A stretch of DNA of 64,000 nt from an uncultured Methanomicrobiaceae archaeon (GTDB taxonomy: Archaea > Halobacteriota > Methanomicrobia > Methanomicrobiales > Methanoculleaceae). The stretch is from NCBI GenBank assembly GCA_963826525.1, contig CAWGXH010000003.1, positions 384,001 through 448,000 of the forward strand, read 5' to 3'. The notes under the pieces were generated by a model. The model was not told where the DNA came from. It saw only the letters and a program-made list of their open reading frames with translations, and did no database searches. This document shows positions 35,401 to 46,455 of the stretch, piece by piece; within the stretch, counting starts at the first letter, position 1, and every line of letters begins with the position of its first letter. The position numbers and the translations under genes were made by a program.

Positions 35401-36101
35401 CGGAGACCCGACTTCATGGAATTGGTCGTTCGGCGACGGTGGCACCTCGACCCTGCAGAACCCCGTGCACACCTACGCTCTTACCGGAAACTATACCGTG
35501 AGCCTGACAGTGAACAATGCCGACGGCGAGCGATACCCTGACCCGGGCCGGGTACATCACTGTCACCGCCGCTGCACCGCTCGTCACCGATCCCGCGGCG
35601 GCACCCGCAGTCATCCCGACCGACACCGACGGCTCTCCCGGAATGGGTGAGACCGCCGTGCTCTCCGTGGCGGTGGCGGGGCGGACGTCGCATCGGTGAC
35701 GGTGAATTTCTCGGCGCTCGGCGGGTCGACGGCTACTGTCGATGGCCGATGCCGGGAACGGCACCTGGACGGTGAGCACGACGGGTACCGTCCCATCGCC
35801 GTTTGCCGACGGTGCCTACCAGCCGGTGCTCCTCGCCGTGAACGCGACCGATACGGATGGTGCCAGCAACACGACCGTCTCGATCCCGCTCACGGTCGTG
35901 AAGAACGGGGACGCCAACGAGAACAACCGGGTCACGCTCTACGACGCCGTCTACATTGCCCGGCACACGCTCGAGATGGAAGGCTACCCGATGACCGAGA
36001 GCGTCGGAGCGGTCTCGGGCGGCGACGACCTGTCGCTCCACGATGCGATGTACCTCGCAAAGCACGTGCTTGCGATCCCCGGGTTTGAGCAGTTGCACTG
36101 A
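29420..36101 (+). CDS. Giant secreted surface protein: 4 NHL beta-propellers, 10 PKD domains, C-terminal dockerin-like repeat (~2200 aa across about 6 apparent frameshifts)
   Basis: Signal peptide; repeated GQF..P.GIA.D..G.IYVAD..N.RIQKF (NHL); VQFTD.STG.PT.W.W.FGDG (PKD); [14 protein letters not shown]...[10 protein letters not shown] dockerin-like tail. Confidence 0.88.
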
Positions 36102-36247
36102 AGAAGAATCTCCTTTTTTTACTTCTCCTGCCGGAAGACGCACGTCAAAATTTTCAAACTGCCGCCAAACCTCGGGGCCGAGGTCGTGCGAGCACCCGAC
36201 GAAGGACGTCGTCAGGTTCATTACTCCCGCCGTCGCCTTGTGATCCC

Positions 36248-36916
36248 ATGACCACGGAACTGACCGAGGAGTGCCGGTGCGCCATCTGCGGCAAGGATTC
36301 CCTGCAGGGCATCATCGCATCGACGAGCGCATTCGGATCGCCCGATCTCGACTTCCGGCCGCCACCGATGGAGCGCGAGACCATCGACCACTGGGTTCAG
36401 GAATGCCCCCATTGCGGCTACTGTGCGCCCGAGATCGATCAGCCGATCGCAGGAGCCGGGGCGGTGATCGCATCCGAGGAGTACAGGATGATCCGGAACA
36501 GACGCGGCGACCTGCCCCTCCTCGGCCGGTTCCTCTGCGCCTCGTTCCTCTTCGAGCATGCCGACTGCCTGGTCGAGGCGGCTGCGACGGCGCTCTATGC
36601 CGCCTGGGCCGCCGACGATGCGGATGACGCGGAGGAGGAAGCCGTGCGGGCGCGGCAGCGGATGCTCACCCTGATCGACGAGCTCCATGCCCGGGGGGAG
36701 CAGTACGGCGACGACCCCGCCACCGAGGCACTGCTGATGGTCGACGTATCCCGGCGTTCCGGAGCGTTCGACCGGGCCAGGCAGGTGATCGCGGAGCTCG
36801 CAGGCGTCGAAGATCCGCTGTTCCAGGCACTGGTCGCGTTCCAGCGGGAGAAGGTCGAGGCCGGGGATATGCAGGGGTATACCGTCGAGCAGGCGATCTT
36901 CGATCCGACCGGGTGA
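36248..36916 (+). CDS. Zn-ribbon plus helical-repeat protein (DUF2225-like)
   Basis: CAIC...PDLDFRP...CPHCGY, AAWAADD, RRSG.FD.A. Confidence 0.65.
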   Translation: MTTELTEECRCAICGKDSLQGIIASTSAFGSPDLDFRPPPMERETIDHWVQECPHCGYCAPEIDQPIAGAGAVIASEEYRMIRNRRGDLPLLGRFLCASFLFEHADCLVEAAATALYAAWAADDADDAEEEAVRARQRMLTLIDELHARGEQYGDDPATEALLMVDVSRRSGAFDRARQVIAELAGVEDPLFQALVAFQREKVEAGDMQGYTVEQAIFDPTG

Positions 36917-36998
36917 TCGGGTCGTGATGAGGCGTCCACCTGGCGGCTTGCTACGCTAGATTCCTGGTTCGGAGGGTGTACTTCCTCTCCCGCCAGCG

Positions 36999-37129
36999 TG
37001 AAAAACCTGAATGAACACCCTGAAAATTCATGCTGAAAAACCTGAATAACACCCTGAAAATTCATGCTGAAAAACCTGAATAACACCCTGAAAATATGCT
37101 GAAAAACCTGAATGAACCCTGAATCATAC
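36999..37129 (+). repeat. Tandem ~34-bp iteron-like repeats (about 4 copies)
   Basis: Unit TGAAAAACCTGAATAACACCCTGAAAATTCATGC starting at 36999, 37034, 37068, 37100. Confidence 0.85.
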
Positions 37130-37214
37130 CCCCCCAAAAGATCCGAAAAAAGGTATGCCATATGCTGAATATTTTCAGGTGTTCGGCAGGCACATAACAG
37201 GGTGAATACTCACC

Positions 37215-37861
37215 GTGAATAGGTACAGGTGGATACTCACCGTCTGGATCGACGACTCGGCCGAGCAGGATCGGGCGGTGCTCGAGCACCTCAAGCGGAC
37301 GGAGGCGAACCTGCCATCAGGGCAGGCCGATCCGGACGTGCTGGCCGCCCGTGCGCTCTGGTCGGTCGTCAAGCAGCACCGGATCTCTGTCCGGATCCCC
37401 TTCGCCCGGCGGATCCAGTTCTCGAACGCCGCGAACCGCCGCAACCCCGCGATGCTCTTCGACCTGATCAAGTGCCATGCGGCGCTGCGGTTCCTGCAGC
37501 GGGAGCCGCGAGAGGTGAACAGCGTGATCGCTATCGAGGCGACCCGGCAGGACTTCGACGCGGCCGCCCGGCTCTACGGCGCGATCACCCGGGAGGGCGG
37601 CGGGCAGGAGTCGAAGATGACCCGGAACGAGGCGGCGGCGCTCCAGACGATAGCCCGGATGGGCTGGGAGACCTTCACGGTCCGGATGCTGCAGCAGGTC
37701 ACCGAACTGTCGTACCACCGGACGCGGCGGATCTCGGCCGGTGCATGGTCTGCGATTCGGGGAAGGCGGCCTACCGCTCCCGCGAGGCACGGGCGAGTAT
37801 CTGCCAGGGATGTTATGCACGGCTCGTACGGGAGGGGAACGCGAAGGAGGGGGTGCGGTGA
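37215..37861 (+). pseudogene. C-terminal remnant of a mobile-element replication protein (primase/helicase-like ATPase tail with terminal Zn finger)
   Basis: LTVWIDDS.EQD, V.IPFA.RI.F..NRRN...FDLIK.HA, IEAT..DF; after an internal deletion CMVC...CQGC; family assignment is inference. Confidence 0.5.
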
Positions 37862-37979
37862 TACGTATATCATTGAGAAATTGCCAATGGAGATGTAATG
37901 GCAGCAGGGAGGGCGAGTCTCGCGGAGCGGTTTGCAGCGTCGGCACTCCTGGAAAGAGTGATTTTGCGGAGTATCGGGC

Positions 37980-38513
37980 ATGAACGCTGCTGATATCCTC
38001 CCTGATGACTATCCCGCCTTTCTCTCCGCTCTGAAGGTGCGGGTCCGTGAGGCTCAGGTCCGGGCTGCCCTCTCGGTGAATCGTGAGCTTATCCTGCTCT
38101 CCTGGCAGATCGGGCGGGAGATCGTACAGCGGTAGCAGGACGAGGGCTGGGGAGCGAAGGTGATCGACCGGCTCTCGGCCGACCTCCGGCGGGAGTTTCC
38201 GCATATGAAGGGTTTCTCTCCCCGGAATCTCAAGTACATGAGCGCATTCGCACGGGCATACCCGGACGAGGCAATTGTGCAGGAGGTGCTTGCACAAATT
38301 ACCTGGTTTCACAACTGCATGATCCTGGACAAACTACGTGACTGGGCAGTTCGGGAATGGTACATCCGCAAAACCATCGCAAACGGCTGGTCGCGGAACG
38401 TGCTCGTGCACCAGATCGAGAGCGCTCTCTATGAACGCGAAGGACGGGCGAACACCATGCCGGCAACCGGCATCGCCCGGTGCAAACGGTTAACACGATG
38501 CAGTTCAAATTGA
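37980..38513 (+). pseudogene. YhcG/DUF1016 N-terminal fragment (in-frame TAG at 38133; PD-(D/E)XK domain absent)
   Basis: SVNRELILL.WQIG, GWGAKVIDRLS.DL, GFSPRNLKYM, WSRNVL.HQIES.LYER. Confidence 0.85.
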
Positions 38514-38700
38514 ATCTAAACACCGGGAACGGCAAAAATTGCCGGATCCGCATACTGTAACGTCATACTATTTTCCGTTCCCGGGAAAATACTCAGAAGG
38601 AGATCAAGGATAGAGAGAGGGAAGACGTGGCAGGCGAAAAGATCGGAATGCTCCGGCTCGCTTCAGAGCAGGCGCTCTTGAACGTCACGGGAGCAGCGAC

Positions 38701-40150
38701 ATGACCCCCATCCGCCTCTTCATCAGCAGCGTGCAGAAGGAGTTCGCCGACGAGCGGGCGGCGCTCCGCGACTACCTGCGGGGCGATGCACTGATGCGGC
38801 GGTTCTTCGAGGTCTTCCTCTTCGAGGACGTCCCGGCCGCCGACCGCCGGACGGACGACCTGTACCTCGACGAGGTCCGGCGCTGCGATATCTACGTCGG
38901 ACTATTCGGGAACGACTACGGTGCCGGGAACGCCGAGGGACTCTCGCCGACCGAACGGGAGTTTGACCTCGCCACCGCCGAAGGCAAGTACCGGCTCATC
39001 TACGTCAGGGGCACGGACGACGGCGCCCGCCACCCGAAGATGCGTGCCCTCATCGGCAGGGCGGAGGCGGGGCTGATCCGGAAGCGGTTTACCGCCCCGT
39101 CGGAGCTGGTCGCCGGACTCTATGCGGCACTCGTCGGGTACCTCGAGGAGAAGCAGCTGCATCCGCTCCGGCCCCTTCGATGCGGCCCCGTGCACGAAGG
39201 CGACGCCCGAACACCTTGACCCGGAGCGGATGGCGTGGTTCATCCGCACCGCCAGGAGAACCCGCCGGTTCCCCCTCGCCGAGGATGCCTCCCCCACCGA
39301 GCTGCTGGAGCACCTGAACCTGCTCGACGGCGGGCAAGTGACGAACGCGGCAGTCCTGCTCTTCGCAAAACAGCCGCAACGGTTCCTGCTCTCCTCCGAG
39401 ATCAAGTGCGCCCACTTCCACGGCACCGAGGTCGCCAAACCGATCCCGTCCTACCAGGTCTACAAGGGCACGGTCTTCGAGCTCGTCGACGCGGCGGTGG
39501 ACTTCGTCCTCAGCAAGATCGCCCTCTCGGTCGGCACCCGCGAGGCCGGGCCGCAGGCGCCGGTGCGCTACGAGATCCCGAAGGAGGTGGTGGCGGAGGC
39601 GATCGTCAACGCCGTCGCCCACCGCGACTACACGAGCAACGGCAGCGTGCAGGTGATGCTCTTTTCGGACCGTCTGGAGGTCTGGAACCCCGGCAGGCTC
39701 CCGCCGTCCCTGACGCTCGAGAAACTCCGGCAGGCCCACGGGTCGGTGCCGGGCAACCCGCTCCTCGCCGAGCCGATGTACCTGACCGGCTACATCGAGC
39801 GGATGGGCACGGGAACGCGGGATATGATCCGGCGCTGCACCGAGGCCGGCCTCCCGGAGCCGGAGTTTGGCGTCAGCGACGGGTTCCAGACGATCGTCCG
39901 CCGGGTTCAGGGTGGGGAAGAACCTTCGGTGAAAACTTCGGTGAAAACTTCGGTGAAAACTTCGGGGTTAATCCTGGACATGATCCGACGACAGCCAGAG
40001 ATCACCATACCAGAGATGGCCGAAGCACTGGGCAAGAGCACCCGCGCCATAGAGTTGCAACTGGCAAACCTCAAAAAATCCGGAAAGGTGCAACGCATCG
40101 GCCCGGCAAAGGGTGGCCGCTGGGAGATTACCGAAGGCGGAGCTGAGTAG
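38701..40150 (+). CDS. DUF4062 + RecG-C/HATPase_c_4-like + wHTH protein (frameshift near 39160)
   Basis: LFISSVQKEF..ER, SPTE.EFD.A; EAIVNAVAHRDY, DRLEVWNPG, IERMGTG; C-terminal HTH ending RIGPAKGG.W. Confidence 0.85.
39925..39966 (+). repeat. In-frame 12-bp tandem repeat (TTCGGTGAAAAC x3.5; SVKT linker)
   Basis: Read directly; lies just before the HTH domain. Confidence 0.85.
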
Positions 40151-40169
40151 CGTCGGAAAGCGCGAGACT

Positions 40170-40345
40170 TAAAATATACGACAGTGTTGAGCGCTTGACC
40201 GGTTTATGCATAGGGACTGTCAGTTTTAGTGTTTTATCCGGCAGATGCTTCTGCAGGCGGATATGGCTGCCATGCGTGCGGACGACCAGTTCCTTTGAAG
40301 AGCGGTAACGATTGTGTCATACTCAAGAGCAGGTACCTTGCTCAT
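40170..40345 (-). pseudogene. hicA: HicA toxin copy 1 (frame break near 40288, 3' truncated)
   Basis: MSKVPALEYDTIVTALQRN / VVRTHGSHIRLQKHLPDKTLKLTVPMHKPVKRSTLS; ATG overlaps the hicB stop. Confidence 0.8.
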
Positions 40346-40546
40346 ACAGTAATCTCAATCTGCTCGGCTGTTTCGCTCAAGACGAGATCATCCTCAACAG
40401 TTTCAAGATACAGGTCAATCGCTTCCCTGATATTTTCCAATGCTTCTTCCTTCGTGTCGCCTTCGCTGATACAACCGGGAAGGCCTGGTACAGAGATCGT
40501 ATAGCCTCCTTCCTCAGCGGGCTTCGAGCACTACACATAGCCTCAT
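40342..40546 (-). CDS. hicB: HicB antitoxin copy 1 (1-nt frame disruption near the start)
   Basis: EEGGY..VP.LPGCISEGDTKEEALENIREAIDLYLE. Confidence 0.8.
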
Positions 40547-40768
40547 ACACTAACCTATCCAGCCCGGGCACTTATACGTAATTGCCATATCGGCGATGTC
40601 TACATACCCTGGTACATTGGGTGGAGATTACCGACCCGGCACTAGTGCCCGTGAAACCTTCGGCAAAGGAGGGTCGGATTCCTAGAAGGGTTTGGGCATC
40701 AGGGCTGCATTGTCACCGCCGGTATTTCGGAGGGTATAAGTGTATGAATGTGATACCCAACACTACCT

Positions 40769-41053
40769 ATGCGTCCTCTCACCCTGATTCGGCAGAACCT
40801 CCGCACGATCAGGGAGCGATATGGCGTGGCCCGTATCGGTGTCTTCGGCTCTGTGGTGCGAAACGAAGACACCCCGGCGAGCGACATTGACGTGCTCGTC
40901 GAGTTCCGGGAAGGGGAGGAGACCTTTGACCACTTCATGGACCTCAAGTTCTATCTCGAAGATCTCCTGGGACGAAAGACGGATCTCGTCATTGCCGATA
41001 CATTAAAGCCCCGGATCCGGGATTCCGTCCTTCGTGAGGTCGTCTATGCCTAG
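40769..41053 (+). CDS. Minimal nucleotidyltransferase antitoxin (MntA-like)
   Basis: FGSVVRNEDTPASDID = GSx10DxD. Confidence 0.9.
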   Translation: MRPLTLIRQNLRTIRERYGVARIGVFGSVVRNEDTPASDIDVLVEFREGEETFDHFMDLKFYLEDLLGRKTDLVIADTLKPRIRDSVLREVVYA

Positions 41054-41390
41054 AGATACCCTGCTCTACCTCGAGGATATCAGAGACGCCATCGGTGCCA
41101 TCCGCTCGTATGTAGGGGATCGAGCGTTCGAGGATTTTGTCGACGATCCGATGTGCCTCGATGCCGTCGTGCTCAGGCTTATCACCATCGGAGAAGCAGT
41201 GAAGCATATCCCTGCCGAGATCTGTGCCCGCCATCCTGAGATTGCATGGCGAAAGATTGCCGGGCTGCGGGATATCAGTGTCCACTCCTATTACTCCGTC
41301 AAACCAACAATCCTCTGGGACGTCATCCAGACCAAACTCGAACCCCTGGAGGATGCGGTGGAGGCGATGATCCGGGAAGAGGCGGCATGA
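41046..41390 (+). CDS. HepT-like HEPN ribonuclease toxin (DUF86)
   Basis: IGEAVK, W.KIAGLRDISVHSY = Rx4HxY; overlaps the MNT gene. Confidence 0.9.
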   Translation: MPRDTLLYLEDIRDAIGAIRSYVGDRAFEDFVDDPMCLDAVVLRLITIGEAVKHIPAEICARHPEIAWRKIAGLRDISVHSYYSVKPTILWDVIQTKLEPLEDAVEAMIREEAA

Positions 41391-42496
41391 CGATGACGCC
41401 CTACGTGCCCGAATCCCTGCCGCCAGAGGGTATCGACTGGGAGCGGCACATCCCCCGGATTGCGGCGGCGAACCGTGCCCTTGCCCGGTACGACGGAGTT
41501 CTCCAGGCGATCCCGAACCCCGAGATCCTGCTCTCGCCGCTCCTGACGCAGGAGGCGGTGCTCTCCTCACGGATCGAGGGGACACAGGCGTCACTTGAGG
41601 ACGTGCTGCGGTTCGAGGCGAACCCGAGAGAGCGGATCAGCGATACGGCGCTCGCTGACATCCAGGAGATTATCAATTACCGGGAAGCGCTGCACAACGC
41701 GGTGGATGCACTCACAAACCGGCTGCTGGATGTTGCCCTGATCTGTGACCTGCACCGAGTCCTGCTGACCGGCAGCAGGGGCATGGACCGGGAGCCGGGG
41801 TGCATCCGGGAGATCCAGAATTTCATCGGGCGGGATGCGTATATCGAGCACGCGGTCTTCGTTCCTCCGGCGCCGGAAAGCGTTCCCGGGGCGCTCGAGG
41901 GCTGGGCGGCATACCTGCAGCGCGAGGAGAAGGACGTGCTCGTCCAGCTCTCCGTCTTAAAAGCGCAGTTCGAACTCATCCACCCGTTCTGCGACGGCAA
42001 CGGACGTATCGGACGGATGCTCGTCCCGCTGATCCTGTACGAGAAGGGATTGATAGGAAGCCCGATGTTCTACATCAGCGCCTACCTCGAGCGGCACCGG
42101 CCGGAATATTACGAACGCCTGCTCGGGGTCTCTCGCGACCGCGACTGGAACGGCTGGATCGCGTTCTTCCTCCGCGTCATTGAGGAGCAGGCGGAGGAGA
42201 ACGGCAAAAAGGCGAAGGCTATCCTCGGCCTCTACGACGAGATGAAGCAGACGGTGCCGGAGGTGACGCGGTCGCAGTACGCCATCGCTGCGATCGACGC
42301 GATCTTCCGAACGCCGATCTTCAGTTCGTCGGAGTTTTACGAGCAGACAGCGATGCCGAGGAGAGCGGCAGAGCGGATCCTTCAGCAGCTCCGGGAAGAG
42401 GATATCATTGCCGTTCTTGCAGAGGGTGGCGGACGGCGTCCCACGATGTACGTCTTTCCGCGCCTGATCGCCATCACCGAGGGGGACCGGCTATGA
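41387..42496 (+). CDS. Fic family protein (Fic_N + Fic + HTH)
   Basis: EAVLSSRIEGT; HPFCDGNGRIGR Fic motif. Confidence 0.93.
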   Translation: MTMTPYVPESLPPEGIDWERHIPRIAAANRALARYDGVLQAIPNPEILLSPLLTQEAVLSSRIEGTQASLEDVLRFEANPRERISDTALADIQEIINYREALHNAVDALTNRLLDVALICDLHRVLLTGSRGMDREPGCIREIQNFIGRDAYIEHAVFVPPAPESVPGALEGWAAYLQREEKDVLVQLSVLKAQFELIHPFCDGNGRIGRMLVPLILYEKGLIGSPMFYISAYLERHRPEYYERLLGVSRDRDWNGWIAFFLRVIEEQAEENGKKAKAILGLYDEMKQTVPEVTRSQYAIAAIDAIFRTPIFSSSEFYEQTAMPRRAAERILQQLREEDIIAVLAEGGGRRPTMYVFPRLIAITEGDRL

Positions 42497-42523
42497 GCAC
42501 TTACAACTCTCTGTCTGAGAGGG

Positions 42524-42637
42524 TTTGTGCGACACCTGTGGTCTGCAACAGAATTTGTGCGACACAAACATGTGTGTCATGTCGCACAAAAGTTTTTGTG
42601 CGACACCGGTGAGGGACAACGCTCGGCGAGCGACAGG
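42524..42637. repeat. Cluster of TGTGCGACAC motifs (3 direct, 1 inverted); the last ~41 bp recur at 46615..46655
   Basis: Motifs at 42526, 42556, 42597, inverted at ~42580; TGTGCGACACCGGTGAGGGA.AACGCTCGGCGA shared. Confidence 0.75.
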
Positions 42638-42740
42638 CTTGACGTGAGAGGCCGCACCAACACCAACGCCGATGCCTGTCAGAAAGCCAAATCGGTACAC
42701 GTGCTTCCACACACACGAGGCCGGGTGAAAGGGTGACGAC

Positions 42741-42961
42741 CTAGAGCAGATCATGCAGGTCTTCGACGGTCATATCGGCCTGCTTTAAAATGTGCGACAG
42801 CGTTGAGCGCTTGACCGGTTTATGCATAGGGACGGTCGGTTTTAGTGTTTTATCCGGCAGATGCTTTTGCAGGCGGATATGGCTGCCACGCGTGCGGACG
42901 ACCGGTTCCTTTGAAGAGCGGTAACGATTGTGTCATACTCAAGAGCAGGTACCTTGCTCAT
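42741..42961 (-). pseudogene. hicA: HicA toxin copy 2 (221 nt; frame break near 42904)
   Basis: MSKVPALEYDTIVTALQRN / VVRTRGSHIRLQKH...VPMHKPVKRSTLSHILKQADMTVEDLHDLL*; GSH catalytic motif. Confidence 0.85.
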
Positions 42962-43161
42962 ACAGTAATCTCAACCTGCTCGGCTGTTTCGCTCAGAACG
43001 AGATCATCCTCAACAGTTTCAAGATACAGGTCGATAGCTTCCCGGATATTTTCCAATGCTTCTTCCTTCGTGTCGCCTTCGCTAATACAGCCGGGAAGGC
43101 TTGGTACATAGGCCGTATAGCCTCCTTCCTCACTGGGCTTGAGCACTACACGCAGTCTCAT
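42958..43161 (-). CDS. hicB: HicB antitoxin copy 2 (intact)
   Basis: MRLRVVLKPSEEGGYTAYVPSLPGCISEGDTKEEALENIREAI. Confidence 0.92.
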   Translation of the reverse strand: MRLRVVLKPSEEGGYTAYVPSLPGCISEGDTKEEALENIREAIDLYLETVEDDLVLSETAEQVEITV

Positions 43162-43603
43162 ACCCTACAGTATCAATCCGGGGAATTTATACGTAATTGC
43201 CGTACAACTCGAGATTCCGCGACGTTGATCGAATTCGTCAGATCTAGTTGAGGTCGGATGAGCGGTGGGACAATGGTAGTTCCAGCACCGGACCTCCTGG
43301 GTCAGGCGGATTGCCGTCAGCAATGGGGCTTCAGACCTCACGCCGGTTGGGTGTGATCGATGCACTCCGTGTTGAGGAGTGACCAGGAGATCAGCTCAAT
43401 TGTAAAGTCCTCTCTTTCGGACTGTTTCCGCTAATGCTCTCAAAGAGCATCTTAGTTGGAATCCCCTGACGTACTGTGTAAAGCGGGGTTTCCGTGCACA
43501 GGAAAGCGATCCAGCCACTTTCATTTGCGATTTCTGATCGAGGGATGTGCTCGGCCTTCCGGTTGGCTGTATCTCAGGTCTCCATAACCTATTTACCTGC
43601 CGG

Positions 43604-44878
43604 ATGGCACTACCCCCACATAAGACCATTCTGGATGGTGTGCATCCTTATCATCATCGTAGTCCTCTCCAGCGCCGGCTGTACGAGCCTGACCGCCCGG
43701 GACAACCAGAACGCGTCTGCCAACCAGACGATCGACGGCATCACAATTCCCACCGCGACCGGTTCGCCGACACCGGCGGAGGCACGACAGATCGCGGCGG
43801 CAGCGTACGTCTACGGCTACCCCCTCGTCTTCATGGATGTCTGGAAGGACCACCAGACTGCGGTGCCGTCGCCGGATCTGACGCGTGGTGTGGCACCCGT
43901 CAACCAGCTCGTGAGACTCTACTGGGTGCAACCGACAACCGGGGCGGCAAATTTGGCATGCGTACCCCGCAGAACGGTACCGGTGACCCTGCTGCAGCAG
44001 CATTCCTGGACAACGTCACCCTGACCCCGCTGAGCGCGTGGGGCACGAACTACACGCCGCCGGCCGCCGTGTCGGTGACTTCCAACGTGACTGTGGACCC
44101 CCTGGCTCCCGCCAGCGATGCCCAGATCGCGAATATGACCCCTGAGGAATTCTATGGCCGTATGGCTACCCTCATGGCGGCCAACCCCCCGCACACTGCG
44201 GACGAGCCCGTCGTGGATCAGATCGCACGGATCGGCATCGTCCCCGGCATGCCGTTTCCCTGGAGCGGCCTGAACGCCACGATGCAAAACGCGATCGCCC
44301 GGGGCTATCAGGACGGCATTGGAGCGGTCACTGCCGCGGCGGCCGACTGGCCCGGCGTTCCGGCGGTCAACGGCTGGCTGATACCGTATACCGCCGGAGC
44401 CTACGGGACCAACTACACGCTTCGTGCCGGCATGGCACGTGCGTCGCCACTCTACAACCTGCCAGAGGACGCGCTCTACCTGCAGTCAAACACCAATGCG
44501 ACGGGAGTCCCGTACTCCGGCACGGATACCTATGTGCTGCACTTTGCCGGCAACAGTACCCCGCCCGCCAACGCATTCTGGTCAATCACCCTCTACGACA
44601 GCGACGGCCGCCCCGTAGCCAACCCAATTAACCGGTATGAGATTTCACCGCGTATCGGGAACCTCACGTACAACCCGGACGGGTCGCTCGACATATACAT
44701 CCAGAACGCGTCTCCCGGTGCCGACAACGAGTCGAGCTGGCTTCCGGCTCCATCAGACGCATTTCAATTTGTGATGCGTCTGTACTGGCCGGAAGAAGCC
44801 GCGCTGAACGGCTCGTGGGTGCCGCCGGCAGTGCAGACGACAGGTTCCGCCACACCACCAACACATGTGACGGCGTAG
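43604..44878 (+). pseudogene. DUF1254/DUF1214 lipoprotein with internal deletion (start approximate)
   Basis: SAGC lipobox, AYVYGYPLV, then abrupt jump near 43930-43990; YGTNY.LRA, AFWSITLYD, NPDGSLDIYI, MRLYWP. Confidence 0.75.
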
Positions 44879-45002
44879 TCCGCGGCAGCCATCGACCGCG
44901 AGGCATAAACCCGCCCTTCCTTTTTTTCATTCAGCGAGGCCGGGTCAATCTCGGAAAAACGCGTCCCATCCCCTGAGTTTTTAATCCTCTCCCTTCACCG
45001 CC

Positions 45003-46455
45003 TCATACAATCTTCCCCGTCTTCCGGATGAACAGGGCTGCAATAAACATGCCGATGACTACCAGGATCATCGCCACGAACGCCCATTCCATCCCCTGGT
45101 TGACCGCTGCATCGCTGATCAGGCTTGACCACTGAGCCCGGTCGGGAGGGAGGGGCGATGATGTATCGGAAAGCAGCCCATGGACGAAACCAAGGATGAG
45201 GACGATCCCGATAATTGCCGTTCCCAGAGAGCTTCCCAGCCTGCCTGGTGGTGTTATAGATACCTGACGCATCGGTCTGGCGCTCGCTCCGGATCGAGGA
45301 GAGGGTGAGGTTGGTCACCTGGGAAAGGACGATGCCAAGCCCAATCCCAAACAGAAGGCTTCCGGGGACGATGTCATGGGCGGTGGTGGTGAGGGAAAAG
45401 ACATCCCTGAGGCCTGCCAGTCCTGCTCCGGTGAGGGCAATTCCACCGAGGAGAACGTATTTTGGTTCGAACCACGATGCGAGCCGGGCGCCGAGGATGG
45501 AGAACACGAAAATCGCAAGAGACATGGGCAGAATGGCGACGCCGGTTTCATACGCGCTTGCACCCGTGACAATCTCGTAGAACAAGGGGAAGATGAAGAG
45601 AAAACCGGCAGTAATCAGTTTCTGGCCCATGGCGACAACATTCCCGGCCAAAAAGGAACGTTCGGGAACGATAGTCACATCCACCAGGATACCTTTTGCC
45701 TTCTTGATCTGCCGCCTTTCCCAGAGGTAAAACCCGATAAGAAGGATAATCCCTCCGGTGATGAAGAAGGGAACGATCGCCCATTCTGCCGGCTCTTTGA
45801 TCATGAGGAGCCCAAAAACCAGGGCAATGAGGCCGAAACCCGAAAGGAGCGCTCCCCCAAGATCAAAACTCTTCCAGGATGCTGTCGGGCGGGTCTCCTT
45901 CAGCATACGATGGAGAGCAAAGATGATGAGAAGGATGACCAGCTCGAGGGCAAAGACCCACCGCCAGGTGTAGAAGGTGGTCAGATATCCGCCGAAAATA
46001 AGGCCGACAATACTGCCCACCGCGGCGATCCCGCCCCAGACACCGAAGGCAAATGCCCGTTCTTTCCCCTCGTAGGTCCCGGTAATGAACGTTACCGTCG
46101 CCGGGAGCATCAGCACCGTACCGATCCCTTCAAGTATCGACCAGCCTGCGAGGAACATGGCTGCGTTCTGGCTGATTCCAGCCGTGAAAGTCCCGACGCC
46201 ATAAATCGCAGCACCTGCCATGAACGTCCTCTTCCTCCCGATGAAGTCCTGGAGCTTTGCCCCGATCAACATGAAGGCAGCCTTCACCAGGGTATAGATG
46301 GTGATGATGGTCTGGATGCCTGAGGCATTGGTGTTCAGGTCATTCACAAGGGCGCTGATGGAGACTTCTATGGTGGTGGTGTCGATGACCAGGATGAATA
46401 CAACCAGGCCGACGATGAGGAGGACGTCCCAGTGAAAGGAACGGCGCTGTTCCAT
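45003..46455 (-). CDS. MFS transporter, DHA2-like 14-TM (frameshift near 45240)
   Basis: IDTT...SI, GAKLQD.IGRKR, GG.LT...WRW.F, D..GA.L, ASG...T.RQ.G.SLG.A. Confidence 0.88.

Noticed and set aside
36999-37129. CRISPR array
   Set aside because: Units are head-to-tail with no unique spacers, and no cas genes are in the window.
38133-38135. In-frame TAG in the YhcG fragment as pyrrolysine readthrough
   Set aside because: The gene is also truncated, no pyl genes are in the window, and a CAG-to-TAG nonsense change is simpler.
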